DNA from: an uncultured delta proteobacterium
Lineage (GTDB): Bacteria; Myxococcota_A; Polyangia; Haliangiales; Haliangiaceae
NCBI GenBank assembly: GCA_963848295.1
Contig: CAWKDB010000011.1
Coordinates: forward strand, 480,001-544,000
DNA length: 64,000 bases
Direction of reading: 5' to 3'
Numbering within the stretch: position 1 is the stretch's first letter; the number at the start of each line of letters is the position of its first letter. The translations under genes were made by a program, and so were the position numbers. Below the pieces are notes generated by a model, which saw only the letters and a program-made list of their open reading frames with translations, searched no databases and was not told the origin of the DNA. Positions 36,254 through 48,581 of this stretch are shown piece after piece.

Positions 36254-37834
36254 CTACATGCCCGTGCAGGCCGTGCCGGTGCCACCCGTCGGCGGAGCCG
36301 CCGTGAGCAGGATCTCGTAGCTGCCCGCGCCGGTCGTGTCGTACGTCCAGATGCCGGTCAGGTTCGCGTAGCAGGTGCCGATCGCATCGGCGGTATAGCC
36401 GGCGCCGAGCATCGCGGTACCGACCGAGATCACCGTGCCGCCCGAGGTCAGCTTGCCGAAGTGGCCCGCGATCGCGGTCGTGATCTTGAACTGGCTCGCC
36501 GGCGTCAGCTTCACGTACGAGCCGATCAGCGGGTGGCCGTTCGCGTCCGCCGACAAGCTCGTCATCGTCGCCGTGGAGTTCAACGTTGCCGGCGTGCAGG
36601 TCGCGACGTCCTTCGTGACCTGGAGGCCCGCGAGCTCGATCTCGCCTTCCGGCGCGGTCGACCCGCTCGACTTGAACGAGCTGACCGTTCCAACGAGGTC
36701 GACCGTATCACCGACCGCGAGCCCGGTCGGCAGCGGCTGGCCGCCGCCGTACATGTAGATGCCCTGGTCGGCCGCCGCGGTGCCGGCGGTCGCGAGGTAC
36801 AGGTTCGTGCCGTTGATCGCGGTGACGCACGAGCTGGCGATCAGCACGCCGGCGGCCGGCAGCGTCGGGTTCGCCGGATCGGCGTCGCCCGCCTGGTCGA
36901 TCGCCTTGATCGTCGTGGTCGTGTGGCAGGTGTCGGCGGTGATGATGCAGTTGTCGTCGTTACAGTCGGCGAAGCCGTTGCCGTCGTTGTCGATGCTGTC
37001 GCCGCACACCGTCTCCGCCGCCGGGCAACCGGTGCCGCCGGTGACGAGGTCCGCCGACGTCCGCGGCAGCACCAGGTAGTCGTAGAAGTAGTCGACGATG
37101 CCGGTCACGCTCGACAGGCACGTGTTGCGCGCGACGCCCGACATCGTGATGTCGGACAGGCTGCCTTCGACCTTCGCGACGCCGGTGATCCCGAACGAGT
37201 AGTCGTCGGCCGGGGTCGGCATCGTCGAGCCGAACGCCTTGGGCGCGCCGAGCGCGGCGACGTTGGTCATCGTCACGAGCACGCCGTCCCATTGCTTCCA
37301 CGCGGCGGAGAAGTTCGGGCCTTGCGCGTCGGCGTCGCTCATCTGGCCGTACATCAGCGCGTCGACGACGGCGGGCGCCGGCACCGAGCCCGTTCCGGTC
37401 TTCGTGATCGTCATCGTGCCGCCGGCGACCGGCTCGAGCTCGACATCGGTGCGGCCGGTCGGATCGGCGTTCGAGCCGGTGAGCGCGAACTCGTCCTTCA
37501 CCGCGCCGCTGAGGCTGATGATGTCGCCCGGGTTCAGCGTCGCGACCGTCGCGGCGTCGCCGTGATAGACGAGCACGCCGGAGTTCGGCCCACCCTCGGG
37601 CTCTTCGATCCAGAAGTTGCCGACCGTGCCGCCGAAGTTGTCGATCGCGGTGACGACCACGCCGGCGACCGCGACCTGCGTACCAGCGGCCATCATGGGG
37701 TCCTGGATCATCTGGATGGTAACGGTGCCGCCGTTGGGTGCATCGCTGCCACCTGGGCTGTCGGGACCGTTGGTGCTGCTACGGCAACCGAAGAGCGCGA
37801 GTCCGAGCGAGGCGACGACGAACGAGTTTCGCAT
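36254..37834 (-). CDS. Surface lipoprotein with OB-fold-like repeats and a Cys/Asp metal-binding-type motif
   Basis: Lipobox LFGC; GVVVTAID..NFWIEE....SGVLVY and CVTAING..LYL....QGIYMY repeats; CGDSIDNDGNGFADCNDDNC. Confidence 0.7.
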   Translation of the reverse strand: MRNSFVVASLGLALFGCRSSTNGPDSPGGSDAPNGGTVTIQMIQDPMMAAGTQVAVAGVVVTAIDNFGGTVGNFWIEEPEGGPNSGVLVYHGDAATVATLNPGDIISLSGAVKDEFALTGSNADPTGRTDVELEPVAGGTMTITKTGTGSVPAPAVVDALMYGQMSDADAQGPNFSAAWKQWDGVLVTMTNVAALGAPKAFGSTMPTPADDYSFGITGVAKVEGSLSDITMSGVARNTCLSSVTGIVDYFYDYLVLPRTSADLVTGGTGCPAAETVCGDSIDNDGNGFADCNDDNCIITADTCHTTTTIKAIDQAGDADPANPTLPAAGVLIASSCVTAINGTNLYLATAGTAAADQGIYMYGGGQPLPTGLAVGDTVDLVGTVSSFKSSGSTAPEGEIELAGLQVTKDVATCTPATLNSTATMTSLSADANGHPLIGSYVKLTPASQFKITTAIAGHFGKLTSGGTVISVGTAMLGAGYTADAIGTCYANLTGIWTYDTTGAGSYEILLTAAPPTGGTGTACTGM

Positions 37835-37896
37835 TGCGTGTTTCTCCGAGGGTGAAGCCGGGAATCAATAACCAAACGACGCGCCGCTGTATACCG

Positions 37897-37924
37897 AAAA
37901 AGCGAACGCCGCCCTGCGGCGGCG
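37897..37924 (-). terminator. Putative terminator of the alpha operon after rplQ
   Basis: Minus strand CGCCGCC-GCAG-GGCGGCG then TTCGCTTTTT. Confidence 0.6.
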
Positions 37925-37978
37925 ATCACATAACAACACGTGATGACAGTTGTGTGGCGGTTTGGCCGCTGGAGCGCG

Positions 37979-38404
37979 CTACGCGGCCGCCGTCGGCGCG
38001 AGCCCGACGAGCTCGATGAACGCCATCGGGGCGGCATCGCCCTTGCGAACCCGGGTCTTTAGCACGCGGGTAAAGCCACCTTTACGGGTCGCGAAGTGCG
38101 GGCCGATCTCCGAGAACAAGCGCGCGAGCACTTTGTCCGTCTTGATCGTCTGCGCCGCCATGCGATGAGCGTGCACGACCTGTGCGCGCTCGGCCTTCGT
38201 GGCCTTGTCGCCCTTGGCGACGATCGCGTGGACGGACACACCCCAGCTGATCGTGGCTTCGGCGAAGCCGCGAAGCTCCTTGGCCTTGGCCTCGGTGGTC
38301 TCGATCCGCCCATGCTCGAGCAGCGAGGTCACCATGTTGTTGAACAGCGCCTTGCGATGCGAGGCGTTGCGACCGAGCTTCCGACCAGATTTCATGTGGC
38401 GCAT
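37979..38404 (-). CDS. rplQ: 50S ribosomal protein L17
   Basis: [46 protein letters not shown]. Confidence 0.97.
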   Translation of the reverse strand: MRHMKSGRKLGRNASHRKALFNNMVTSLLEHGRIETTEAKAKELRGFAEATISWGVSVHAIVAKGDKATKAERAQVVHAHRMAAQTIKTDKVLARLFSEIGPHFATRKGGFTRVLKTRVRKGDAAPMAFIELVGLAPTAAA

Positions 38405-38425
38405 AGCAGTCTCTCTTTAGTTCGC

Positions 38426-39442
<1,017 letters not shown>

Positions 39443-39541
39443 CTGTCTCTCCTTGGTCGACCGCTTTCATCACGGCCGAGTTGTCGTGCAGGTTTTCGAG
39501 GCCTGCCCCAAAGTCTTCGGCGGAAAATTCCGTCGAAGGTC

Positions 39542-40171
39542 TTACTTGCTATAAAGCTCGATGATCAGCTGCTCGCGGATCGGCAGCGTCACGTCTTCGC
39601 GCGACGGCAGCTGAGCGATCGCGCCGCGGAAGTTGTCCTTGTCCATCTGGATCCACTGCGGCACGCCGCGGCGATCGACCGCTGCGAGCGCTTCGTTGAT
39701 CCGCGCCATCTTCTGCGACGGCTCCTTGACCTGGACGATGTCCTTCGCGCGGACGAGGTACGACGGGATGTTGACCTTCTTGTTGTTGATCAAGAAGTGG
39801 CCGTGGCGAACCAGCTGGCGCGCCTCGGCGTGATCCGACGCGAAGCCCATCCGGTAGACGACGTTGTCGAGCCGGCGCTCGAGCAGCTGGATCAGCGTGT
39901 GACCGGTGACGCCCGGCATCCGGATCGCCTTGTAGTAGTAGCCGCGGAACTGACGCTCCGCGATGCCGTAGATCCGCTTGACCTTCTGCTTCTCGCGCAG
40001 CTGCTCGCCGTAGTCCGAGCGCTTGCGGCGGCGATTCTGGCCGTGCTGACCGGGCGGATAGCTACGACGCTCGTAGCCGCACTTGTCGGTGTAGCAGCGC
40101 TCTCCCTTGAGGAAGAGCTTCATGTCTTCGCGCCGGCAGAGCCGACAAACCGCACCAGTATAACGAGCCAT
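39542..40171 (-). CDS. rpsD: 30S ribosomal protein S4 (Cys-containing form)
   Basis: [38 protein letters not shown]. Confidence 0.98.
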   Translation of the reverse strand: MARYTGAVCRLCRREDMKLFLKGERCYTDKCGYERRSYPPGQHGQNRRRKRSDYGEQLREKQKVKRIYGIAERQFRGYYYKAIRMPGVTGHTLIQLLERRLDNVVYRMGFASDHAEARQLVRHGHFLINNKKVNIPSYLVRAKDIVQVKEPSQKMARINEALAAVDRRGVPQWIQMDKDNFRGAIAQLPSREDVTLPIREQLIIELYSK

Positions 40172-40201
40172 GGTCTTTTTCTTACTCGGCTTCGGAGGTG
40201 A

Positions 40202-40591
40202 TCAAACGCGACGGCGCTTGCGCGGCCGGCATCCGTTGTGAGGGACAGGCGTGACGTCGCGGATCAGGTTGATCTTGAAGCCCACCGCATTGAGCGCGCG
40301 CAGCGCCGACTCGCGGCCGGAGCCCGGACCGTTGACGTAGACCGTCACGTTGCGGACGCCGTGCTCCATCGCCTTCTTGGCGGCGTCCTCGGCGGCGAGC
40401 TGCGCCGCGAACGGCGTCGACTTGCGCGAGCCCTTGAACCCGCACGTGCCGGAGCTCGACCACGCGACGACGTTGCCCGAGACGTCCGTGATCGAAACGA
40501 TCGTGTTGTTGAACGTCGCGGAGATGTGCGCGACGCCGGTCTGGATGTTCTTCCGGACCTTCTTCTTCTGCTTGGCTTTGACGGTCGACAT
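40202..40591 (-). CDS. rpsK: 30S ribosomal protein S11
   Basis: [32 protein letters not shown]. Confidence 0.98.
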   Translation of the reverse strand: MSTVKAKQKKKVRKNIQTGVAHISATFNNTIVSITDVSGNVVAWSSSGTCGFKGSRKSTPFAAQLAAEDAAKKAMEHGVRNVTVYVNGPGSGRESALRALNAVGFKINLIRDVTPVPHNGCRPRKRRRV

Positions 40592-40606
40592 GATTTTCTC
40601 GCTCGC

Positions 40607-40990
40607 CTACTTCTTGGTAACGGCGCCCATCTTCTTCACCGCCATGCGGCGCGGTCCCTTACGCGTGCGGGCATTCGTGTGCGTGCGTTGACCGCGAACC
40701 GGCAGGTTGCGGCGATGACGACCGCCGCGGTAGCTGCCGAGATCGATCAGCCGCTTGATGTTGAGCTGGACGTCCCGCTTGAGATCGCCTTCGACGCGGT
40801 AGTGAGCTTCGATCGCGTCGCGGATCTTGCGGACGTCGTTCTCGTCGAGGTCGTCGCTCTTCTTGTCCGGCGAGACGCCGGCGTCAGAGAGCACGACGTT
40901 CGCCGCGTGGCGACCGAGGCCGTAGATGTACGTGAGCGCGATCTCGATCCGCTTGTTGCGCGGGAGGTCGATGCCTGCGATGCGAGCCAT
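40607..40990 (-). CDS. rpsM: 30S ribosomal protein S13
   Basis: [33 protein letters not shown]. Confidence 0.98.
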   Translation of the reverse strand: MARIAGIDLPRNKRIEIALTYIYGLGRHAANVVLSDAGVSPDKKSDDLDENDVRKIRDAIEAHYRVEGDLKRDVQLNIKRLIDLGSYRGGRHRRNLPVRGQRTHTNARTRKGPRRMAVKKMGAVTKK

Positions 40991-40993
40991 GGC

Positions 40994-41107
40994 TTAGCCC
41001 TGCCTCTGCTTGTGACGAGGATTGGAGCAGATCACGCGCACGACACCCTTGCGCTTGATGATCTTGCACTTGGGGCAGATGGGTTTGACGGATGCACGTA
41101 CCTTCAT
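40994..41107 (-). CDS. rpmJ: 50S ribosomal protein L36 (Zn-ribbon form; not in ORF track)
   Basis: Hand translation [37 protein letters not shown]. Confidence 0.97.
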   Translation of the reverse strand: MKVRASVKPICPKCKIIKRKGVVRVICSNPRHKQRQG

Positions 41108-41898
41108 GGCGACTGTCCAATAACTCCGGGCTGCGTCGAGGATGGGCGAGTGAGCACCCAAGGTCCCTCATCGGTGATGGCGATCGTGTGCTCGAAGTGC
41201 GCGGACATCGAGCGATCTTTAGTCACGGCCGTCCATTCATCGTCGAGGATCTCTACCTCAGGGGTCCCGGCGTTTACCATGGGTTCGACGGCGATGACAA
41301 GGCCGGTCTTGAGCCGTTTCCCCGAGTCCGGGGCGCCGAAGTTCGGGACCTGCGGTTCCTCGTGCATCTGCCGGCCCGTGCCGTGGCCGACAAACTGATG
41401 GACGACCGAATAGCCGCGTGATTCCGCATAGCTCTGGACCGCGTGGCCGACGTCGCCCAGCCGATGGCCGACCGTGCACATCGCGATCGCGGCATCGAGG
41501 GCCTCGCGCGCGGCATCGACCAATTTGCGCTTGTCCGGGCTGACGTTGCCGACCATGACGGTGCGGGCGGTGTCGGCGCAGAACCCGTGCATGAAGATGC
41601 CGAAATCGATGCCGATGATGTCGCCGTCTTTGAGGACCTCGTTCTTGCGCGGGATGCCGTGGACGATGACCTCGTTGATCGACGTGCACACGACCGCGGG
41701 ATACGGCGGGCTCGCATAGCCGAGGAACGCGCTCTTGACCCTGTGCTTGTCGATGCCAGCGCGCGCGATGCGATCGAGCTCGAACGTCGAAGTACCCGCG
41801 ACCGCGGCGGTGCACATCGACTCGAGGATCTCGGCGGCGACGAGGCCGGCTTCCCGCATCAGCCGAACCTCGGCCGGCGACTTGTAGATGATCCGCAT
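41104..41898 (-). CDS. map: Methionine aminopeptidase type I
   Basis: [40 protein letters not shown]. Confidence 0.97.
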   Translation of the reverse strand: MRIIYKSPAEVRLMREAGLVAAEILESMCTAAVAGTSTFELDRIARAGIDKHRVKSAFLGYASPPYPAVVCTSINEVIVHGIPRKNEVLKDGDIIGIDFGIFMHGFCADTARTVMVGNVSPDKRKLVDAAREALDAAIAMCTVGHRLGDVGHAVQSYAESRGYSVVHQFVGHGTGRQMHEEPQVPNFGAPDSGKRLKTGLVIAVEPMVNAGTPEVEILDDEWTAVTKDRSMSAHFEHTIAITDEGPWVLTRPSSTQPGVIGQSP

Positions 41899-41916
41899 CG
41901 CCGCGCCTCGCGCGCC

Positions 41917-43248
41917 TTAGCGAGTTCGAGCAGCGACGCGGCCGCGGATGCGCGGACCCTTGGGTCCCGCGAAGCCTTCGTAGTTGCGCGTGATGAGGTG
42001 CGATTCGATCTGCTGCACGGTGTCGAGCGCGACACCGACGACGATCAGCAGGCCGGTGCCACCGAACTGGAACGGCACCGACATGTACTTGATCAGCAGC
42101 GCGGGGATCATGCAGATCACCGAGAGATAGACCGCACCGGCGAACGTGATCCGCGACAGCACGCGCTCGATATATTGCGCGGTGTTCTTGCCCGGCCGGA
42201 TGCCCGGGATGAACCCGCCCGACTTCTTGAGGTTGTCGGCGACATCGACCGGGTTGAACACGACCGCGGTGTAGAAGAACGCGAAGAAGATGTTCAGGAT
42301 CGTGAACACCGTGTTGTAGCGCCAGTCCGCCTGGTGAAACACCGACGCGAATTCCTGCAACCACGTCGAGCCCGACATGCCGGCGATCTGCGCCGGGAAC
42401 ATCAGCAGCGACGACGCGAAGATCGGCGGGATCACGCCCGAGACGTTGATCTTGAGCGGCAGATAGCTCTGCGCGCCCGAGTACATCTTTCGCCCGACCT
42501 GTCGTTTCGTGTACTGGACCGGGATGCGCCGGTGGGCGCGTTCGAAGTAGCAGATCGTCGCGATCGTCGCGATCACGAGCAGCAACATGAACAGCACGGT
42601 GAGGCCGCTCGCACCGCCGCCGCCGCTGCCGGATAGGAATCGGGTGAGTCCGTCGGGCATTGCCGCGACGATGCCGGCGAAGATGATCAGCGACGAGCCG
42701 TTGCCGATGCCCTGATCGGTGATCAGCTCGCCGAGCCACATGACGATCGTGCAGCCGGTGGTCAGGGTCAGCACGGTGAGCAGCCGGAAGCCGAGGCCAC
42801 CGCCGCCGACGACGACCTCCGCACCGTTCTTCGATAGGCCCTCGACGTAGCTCGCGATGAACCACGCTTGGACCGCCGAGACCAAGATCGTGCCGTAGCG
42901 GGTGAGCTGGTTGATCCGCTGCCTGCCCTGCTCGCCCTCTTTGTTGAGCTGATCGAGCTTGGGTACGACGACGGTGAGCAGCTGCATCACGATCGACGAC
43001 GTCACGTACGGCATGATGCCGAGCGCGAAGATCGACATCTGCTGCAGCGCGCCGCCCGAGAACATGTTGAACATGCCGAGGAACGAGCCCGAGCCGCCTC
43101 GGACGACCACGTGCTGCATCTCGGCGCGGTTGACGCCCGGGATCGTGATGAACACGCCGACCCGGTAGACCGCCAGCATCGCCAGCGTGAACAGGATCCT
43201 CCGGCGGAGCTCGGGGACCTTACCGATATTTGCGATCGAGCCTGCCAA
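41917..43248 (-). CDS. secY: Preprotein translocase subunit SecY
   Basis: [46 protein letters not shown]. Confidence 0.98.
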   Translation of the reverse strand: MAGSIANIGKVPELRRRILFTLAMLAVYRVGVFITIPGVNRAEMQHVVVRGGSGSFLGMFNMFSGGALQQMSIFALGIMPYVTSSIVMQLLTVVVPKLDQLNKEGEQGRQRINQLTRYGTILVSAVQAWFIASYVEGLSKNGAEVVVGGGGLGFRLLTVLTLTTGCTIVMWLGELITDQGIGNGSSLIIFAGIVAAMPDGLTRFLSGSGGGGASGLTVLFMLLLVIATIATICYFERAHRRIPVQYTKRQVGRKMYSGAQSYLPLKINVSGVIPPIFASSLLMFPAQIAGMSGSTWLQEFASVFHQADWRYNTVFTILNIFFAFFYTAVVFNPVDVADNLKKSGGFIPGIRPGKNTAQYIERVLSRITFAGAVYLSVICMIPALLIKYMSVPFQFGGTGLLIVVGVALDTVQQIESHLITRNYEGFAGPKGPRIRGRVAARTR

Positions 43249-43256
43249 GTGAGGCC

Positions 43257-43745
43257 CTAGACGCTCGCCGAGGTGGAGGGCGGAATCGTCGACGGGATCA
43301 GCTCGATCTTACCGCCGGCCTTCTCGACCTTGTCCTTCGCGATCGCCGAGATCCGGTGGACCTTGATCGTCAACTTCTTGGTGAGCTCACCCTCGCCGAG
43401 GATCTTGATGCACTCGACCATCTTCGGGACGAGGCCCTTCGCGCGCAGGGTTTCGACGTCGATCGTCGCGCCGGCGGCGAACACCCGGTCGAGCGTCGCG
43501 ACGTTGATCGGGAAGGCCTCGACCCGGAACGGGTTGTTGAAGCCGCGCTTCGGGATCCGCCGCGGCATCGGCATCTGACCGCCCTCGAACGCGAGGCGAG
43601 CGCCGTGATGGCCCGGGCGAGCCTTCTGGCCCTTGACGCCCTTACCCGAGGTCTTGCCGGTGCCCGAACCACGTCCGCGGCCGAGCCGCTTCTTCGGTTT
43701 GGTGGCGCCTTCGTTCGGGTGGAGGTTGTGCAGCGAAATCGTCAT
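43257..43745 (-). CDS. rplO: 50S ribosomal protein L15
   Basis: [38 protein letters not shown]. Confidence 0.97.
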   Translation of the reverse strand: MTISLHNLHPNEGATKPKKRLGRGRGSGTGKTSGKGVKGQKARPGHHGARLAFEGGQMPMPRRIPKRGFNNPFRVEAFPINVATLDRVFAAGATIDVETLRAKGLVPKMVECIKILGEGELTKKLTIKVHRISAIAKDKVEKAGGKIELIPSTIPPSTSASV

Positions 43746-43839
43746 GGGGTGCTCGTAGCTGCGCCAGGAATCTGGCGCGGAATCGGTGAGTTCGCAACTG
43801 AGTAGCGCGTTACCTGGCCACAAAGCCAGGACGGGATCG

Positions 43840-44025
43840 TTAGTCAGCCGGGGCGATGGTGATGAGGTGGGAAACCTTGCGGATCATCCCGCGGATCGCC
43901 GGGGTGTCCTTGAGCGTCTTGGTCGTGTGCGGACCGCGCAGACCGAGGCCCTCGAGGGTCTTGTTCTGGGTGTTCGAGCGACCGACGCCGCTCTTGACCT
44001 GGGTGATCTTGATGTTGATCGCCAT
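43840..44025 (-). CDS. rpmD: 50S ribosomal protein L30
   Basis: [26 protein letters not shown]. Confidence 0.95.
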   Translation of the reverse strand: MAINIKITQVKSGVGRSNTQNKTLEGLGLRGPHTTKTLKDTPAIRGMIRKVSHLITIAPAD

Positions 44026-44028
44026 GAC

Positions 44029-44550
44029 TTACTCCGGGCGCGCGGTCTTGTGGCCGCGGAAGTCCGAGACGTTCTTGCCGCGGGTCTTCGCGACCTGCTC
44101 GATCGAGCGCAGCGCCTTCAACGCCACGACCGTCGCGTGGATCACGTTGTGCTTGTTCGACGTGCCGATCGACTTCGTCAGGATGTCGGTGATGCCGGCG
44201 ACTTCGAGCACCGGGCGAACGCCGCCACCGGCGATCACACCCGTGCCGGGGCTAGCCGGGCGGAGCAGCACTTGCGCCGCGCCGAAGAAGCCCTGGATCT
44301 CGTGCGGGATCGTGCCCTTGACCAGCGGGATCTTGAACAAGTTGCGCTTAGCGCGATCGGTGCCCTTGCGAATCGCCTCGGGCACCTCGTTCGCCTTGCC
44401 CAGGCCGGCGCCGACGTGACCGTGCTGGTCACCGACGACGACGAGCGCCGAGAACGAGAACCGACGGCCGCCTTTGACGACCTTGGCGACGCGGTTGATG
44501 TGGACCACGCGGTCCACCAGCTCGCCAACTTCTTCGGGATTGATCAACAT
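44029..44550 (-). CDS. rpsE: 30S ribosomal protein S5
   Basis: [30 protein letters not shown]. Confidence 0.98.
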   Translation of the reverse strand: MLINPEEVGELVDRVVHINRVAKVVKGGRRFSFSALVVVGDQHGHVGAGLGKANEVPEAIRKGTDRAKRNLFKIPLVKGTIPHEIQGFFGAAQVLLRPASPGTGVIAGGGVRPVLEVAGITDILTKSIGTSNKHNVIHATVVALKALRSIEQVAKTRGKNVSDFRGHKTARPE

Positions 44551-44564
44551 GATTTCCTATTGCC

Positions 44565-44942
44565 TTAGAACGCGAGGCCCGCGTCGCGAGCGCCGTCGGC
44601 GATCTCTTTGACGCGACCGTGGTAGATGAAGCCGTTGCGGTCGAACACCACGGCGGTGACCTTGAGCGCGAGCAGCTTCTCGCCGATCACCTTGCCGATC
44701 TGACGGGCGCGCTGCTTCTTCGGACCGGTGAGCGCCTTCTTGATCGATGGCTCGGTGTCGCTCGCCGACGCGAGCACGCGGCCGGTCGTATCGTCGATCG
44801 CCTGCGCGTAGACGTACTTCGCCGACCGGAACACGCTGAGCCGCGGACGCTCCGCGGTGCCGCTGATCCGCTTGCGGATGGTCCCCTTGCGCTTGTCGCG
44901 CTTGCGGGTCTTCTCGCTGCCGTACTTGAGGTGTCCAGCCAT
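44565..44942 (-). CDS. rplR: 50S ribosomal protein L18
   Basis: [22 protein letters not shown]...ADGAR.AGL.F. Confidence 0.97.
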   Translation of the reverse strand: MAGHLKYGSEKTRKRDKRKGTIRKRISGTAERPRLSVFRSAKYVYAQAIDDTTGRVLASASDTEPSIKKALTGPKKQRARQIGKVIGEKLLALKVTAVVFDRNGFIYHGRVKEIADGARDAGLAF

Positions 44943-44944
44943 GA

Positions 44945-45481
44945 CTACTTACCTGCCGTCTTGCCGGCTTTGCGGCGGATCGTTTCTTCGATGTACTTGA
45001 TGCCTTTGCCCTTGTACGGCTCGGGCGGACGAAAGCTACGGATCTTCGCGGTCGCGGCGCCGAGCGCCTGGCGATCGATGCCCGACAAGATCAGCATGTT
45101 CTTGTCGACCTTCGCCGCGATGCCTTCCGGCAGCTGGTACTCGATCGGGTGCGAGTAGCCGAGCGAGAGCACGATCTTCGGGCCCTTGATCTCGGCCTTG
45201 TAGCCGACGCCGTTGATCTCGAGCTGGCGCTCGAAGCCCTTGGTGACGCCGGTGAACATGTTGTTGACCAGCGCGCGCATGAGCCCGTGCGCGGCGCGCT
45301 CGCGACCGTCGTCGCCGCTGCGGCCGAAGACGATCTCGTTCGCCTCTTGCTTGATCTCGATCGCCTTGTGGCGCGCGAGGTTGAGCGTGCCCTTGGGGCC
45401 CTTGACCGAAACGCTGTCCTTGGTGATCGACACCTGGACGCCTTTCGGCACCTCGATGGGTTTGCGTCCGATTCGCGACAT
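44945..45481 (-). CDS. rplF: 50S ribosomal protein L6
   Basis: MSRIGRKPI, LGYSHP, RPPEPYKGKGI. Confidence 0.97.
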   Translation of the reverse strand: MSRIGRKPIEVPKGVQVSITKDSVSVKGPKGTLNLARHKAIEIKQEANEIVFGRSGDDGRERAAHGLMRALVNNMFTGVTKGFERQLEINGVGYKAEIKGPKIVLSLGYSHPIEYQLPEGIAAKVDKNMLILSGIDRQALGAATAKIRSFRPPEPYKGKGIKYIEETIRRKAGKTAGK

Positions 45482-45483
45482 GA

Positions 45484-45882
45484 CTACCAGACCTCGCAGA
45501 GGACTTCGCCGCCGACGCCCTTGGTCCGGGCATCCTTGTCGGTCATCACGCCGAGCGACGTCGAGATGATCGCGATGCCGAGGCCGTTGCGCACGCGCGG
45601 CACTTGCTTGGCCGGGACGTAGTGACGCTGGCCCGGGCGCGACACGCGGCGCATGCCGGTGATCGCGTTCGAGTTGCGGCCGTCGTAGCGCAGCTCGACC
45701 TTGAGCAGACCTTGCTTCTCGTCCTCGGAGGACGACACGGTCTGAACGAAGCCTTCGTCGCGCAGGATCTCGGCGATACGGAGCTTGAGGTTCGAGCGCG
45801 GGCACTCGAGCAACTGCTTGCGAGCGCGGATCGCGTTGCGAATCCGGGCAAGGAAATCAGCGATGGGATCGGTCATCGACAT
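45484..45882 (-). CDS. rpsH: 30S ribosomal protein S8
   Basis: [42 protein letters not shown]. Confidence 0.97.
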   Translation of the reverse strand: MSMTDPIADFLARIRNAIRARKQLLECPRSNLKLRIAEILRDEGFVQTVSSSEDEKQGLLKVELRYDGRNSNAITGMRRVSRPGQRHYVPAKQVPRVRNGLGIAIISTSLGVMTDKDARTKGVGGEVLCEVW

Positions 45883-45892
45883 CGGTTTTCTC

Positions 45893-46072
45893 CTACCAGC
45901 TCGACTTGATGACGCCGGGGATGTCGCCGCGGAGCGCGAGCTCGCGGAAGCACAGCCGGCACATTTCGAATTTGCGCAGATACGCGCGCGACCGACCACA
46001 GCGCTTGCAGCGGCTCTTGATCCGAACCTTGAACTTTTGCTTCTTGGGAAGCCTGTCGATTAGCTTGCTCAT
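45893..46072 (-). CDS. rpsN: 30S ribosomal protein S14, short Zn-binding type (not in ORF track)
   Basis: Hand translation [59 protein letters not shown]. Confidence 0.96.
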   Translation of the reverse strand: MSKLIDRLPKKQKFKVRIKSRCKRCGRSRAYLRKFEMCRLCFRELALRGDIPGVIKSSW

Positions 46073-46079
46073 AGGGGTC

Positions 46080-46832
46080 CTACGCGGTCGCGCCGGGGAT
46101 GGCCGGGGCTGGCTGCCGGAACGGCATGCCGAGGTGAACGAGCAGCGCGCGGCCTTCGGCGTCGCTCTGTGCGGTCGTCACGATGCTGATGTTCATGCCC
46201 TTGATCGAATCGATCTTGTCGTACTCGATCTCGGGGAAGATGATTTGCTCGCGCACGCCCATGGTGAAGTTGCCGCGGCCGTCGAAGCCACGCGGCGACA
46301 CGCCGCGGAAATCGCGAACGCGCGGTAGCGCGATGTTGAGCAGGCGATCGAGGAACTCCCACATCCGCTCGCGGCGCAGCGTGACCATCACGCCGATCTT
46401 CTGGCCCTTGCGGAGCTTGAACACCGCGATGTCCTTCTTCGCCTTCGACACGACCGGGGACTGGCCGCAGATGAGCTTGAGCTCCTCGATGCCGTTGTCG
46501 ATCATCTTGGGCTCTTCCTTGGCTTTGCCGAGGCCCATGTTGACCGACACCTTGAGGACGCGCGGCACCTGCATGATCGTGGAGTAGCCGAACTCCTTCA
46601 TCATCGCGGCGCGGATCGTCTCGTCGTACCTCTTCTTGAGACGAGGCGGAGTCTCGCGCTTGTACTTCGGCGCCGGGCCCGTGGGCTCTCCGCCCTTCTT
46701 CTTGTTCGCCGCGAGTCCGCCACCGGCCGCGGCCTTCGCGCGAGCCTTCTCGGCGCGCTCGGCCTTCTTCGCGGCCGCGGCGGCGTCGTGAGCCGCCTTG
46801 TCTTCGTCGGGTTTGTTTTCGTCGTTCGCCAT
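46080..46832 (-). CDS. rplE: 50S ribosomal protein L5 with ~60-aa N-terminal extension
   Basis: [34 protein letters not shown]. Confidence 0.96.
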   Translation of the reverse strand: MANDENKPDEDKAAHDAAAAAKKAERAEKARAKAAAGGGLAANKKKGGEPTGPAPKYKRETPPRLKKRYDETIRAAMMKEFGYSTIMQVPRVLKVSVNMGLGKAKEEPKMIDNGIEELKLICGQSPVVSKAKKDIAVFKLRKGQKIGVMVTLRRERMWEFLDRLLNIALPRVRDFRGVSPRGFDGRGNFTMGVREQIIFPEIEYDKIDSIKGMNISIVTTAQSDAEGRALLVHLGMPFRQPAPAIPGATA

Positions 46833-46835
46833 GAC

Positions 46836-47153
46836 TTACATCCCAGCCGTCGGAAACTTCGTTCCGGTCTTCGAGCCGACGCGAATTTTGGTGTCGCCTT
46901 CGGTCGTGATCTTGGTGCGGGTGCCGCGCGCGAGCTTCTCGTCGAACAACAGCACGTTCGAGATATGAATCGTGCCTTCCTTGTCGACGATGCCGCCCTG
47001 CGGGTTCTTCTGCGACGGCTTCGCATGCTTCTTGATCATCGCGACCTTCTCGATCGCGACGCGATTGCCGTCGATGCGTAGCACCTTGCCGCGCTTGCCT
47101 TTGTAGGATCCTGCGATGACGACGACGAGGTCGCCTTTACGAACGTGCGGCAT
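46836..47153 (-). CDS. rplX: 50S ribosomal protein L24
   Basis: [36 protein letters not shown]. Confidence 0.96.
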   Translation of the reverse strand: MPHVRKGDLVVVIAGSYKGKRGKVLRIDGNRVAIEKVAMIKKHAKPSQKNPQGGIVDKEGTIHISNVLLFDEKLARGTRTKITTEGDTKIRVGSKTGTKFPTAGM

Positions 47154-47522
47154 TACAGGACCTCCGGCGCCAGGCTGATGATCTTCATGAAGCGCTTGGC
47201 GCGCAGCTCGCGAGCGACCGGCCCGAAGATCCGGGTCCCGATCGGCTCGTTCTCCTTCGTTGATCAGCACGGCGGAGTTGCCGTCGAACTTGATGTAGCT
47301 GCCATCGGGGCGCGCGAGCTCGCGCTTGGTCCGCACGATCACCGCGCGCGCGACCTCGCCCTTCTTGACCTTCGCGCCGGGAATCGCCTCGCGGATCGAG
47401 ACGATCACGACGTCGCCGATCGACGCGTAGCGCCGGCGCGAACCGCCGAGCACCTTGATGCAGAACACTTTCTTGGCGCCGCTGTTGTCAGCGATGTCCA
47501 AGACCGAGGTCATCTGGATCAC
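47153..47522 (-). CDS. rplN: 50S ribosomal protein L14 (apparent +1 indel ~47255)
   Basis: ADNSGAK..CIKVLGG; after shift [13 protein letters not shown]...[12 protein letters not shown]. Confidence 0.94.
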
Positions 47523-47821
47523 GACGCGACCTCCGCGAGCCCGGCGTCGACCCCGCGGCTGATCAGCCGCAGCACGCGCCAGCGCTTCGTGCGCGACATC
47601 GGCCGCGACTCGACGAGCTCGACGAGGTCACCGACCTTGTACGTGTTCGTCTCGTCGTGCGCTTTGTACTTCACGCGGCGGGTGAGGAACTTGTGGAACC
47701 GGCGATCACGGACGCGACGGATCACGGTGACGACGACGGTCTTGTCCATCTTGTTGGACGTCACCGTGCCCTGGACGTTGCGGCGCGAGCCGCGGTGGTC
47801 TGACGTGGTCTCTTCGCTCAT
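47519..47821 (-). CDS. rpsQ: 30S ribosomal protein S17
   Basis: [27 protein letters not shown]. Confidence 0.97.
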   Translation of the reverse strand: MSEETTSDHRGSRRNVQGTVTSNKMDKTVVVTVIRRVRDRRFHKFLTRRVKYKAHDETNTYKVGDLVELVESRPMSRTKRWRVLRLISRGVDAGLAEVAS

Positions 47822-48141
47822 GACTTCGCCTTCGCTTTGCTCGTCTTGGGAGCCGACTTCTTCGCGGCCTTGGCCTTCGGCGCGGCCGCCGCACCCTCGG
47901 TCTTGACCGACTTCAGTTTTTGGCCCTGGGTCTCGTGGCCGAGCTCGCGGCCGCGCAACACCGTCATGATCCGGGCGATGTCGCGGCGCTTGGTCTGCAT
48001 CCCGGCGGACGACGTCACCTGGTTCGTGTACTGGCCGAGCTGGAGCCGGAACAGCTCGTCGCGGTTGCGCGCGAGCGCCTGGCGCAGCTCCTCGTCCGGG
48101 AGATCGCGAAATTGCGTGAGGGTCGTGGCTAGCTTGCTCAT
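47818..48141 (-). CDS. rpmC: 50S ribosomal protein L29 with Lys/Ala-rich C-terminal tail
   Basis: [17 protein letters not shown]; position between rplP and rpsQ. Confidence 0.92.
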   Translation of the reverse strand: MSKLATTLTQFRDLPDEELRQALARNRDELFRLQLGQYTNQVTSSAGMQTKRRDIARIMTVLRGRELGHETQGQKLKSVKTEGAAAAPKAKAAKKSAPKTSKAKAKS

Positions 48142-48555
48142 AGCGCGGGCTCCCGCGAGATCAGGTGGGTCTTGATCGGCAGCTTGTGGTGCGCGCGATG
48201 GAACGCTTCCTTCGCGATCTCGAGCGAGCAACCCTCGACCTCGAAGATCACGCGACCCGGCCGCACGACCGCGACGTAGCCCTCGACGCCGCCTTTGCCG
48301 GTACCCATGCGGGTCTCGGCCGGCTTCTTCGTGAACGGATGGTCGGGGAACACGCGGACGTAGATCTTGCCGAGCCGCTTGACCGAGCGAGAGATCGCGA
48401 CGCGAGCGGCCTCGATCTGGCGAGCGGTGATCCAGCCGGGCGACGTCACCTGCAGCCCGTAATCGCCGAACGACACGACGTTGCCGCCTTTCGCGCGGCC
48501 CTTCGTGTTGCCCTTATGGGATCTTGCGGAACTTGGTGCGTTTTGGGGAGAGCAT
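48138..48555 (-). CDS. rplP: 50S ribosomal protein L16 (apparent +1 indel ~48520)
   Basis: [35 protein letters not shown]. Confidence 0.95.
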
Positions 48556-48581
48556 CGACATACGAAAACATCCTTAGGAAA

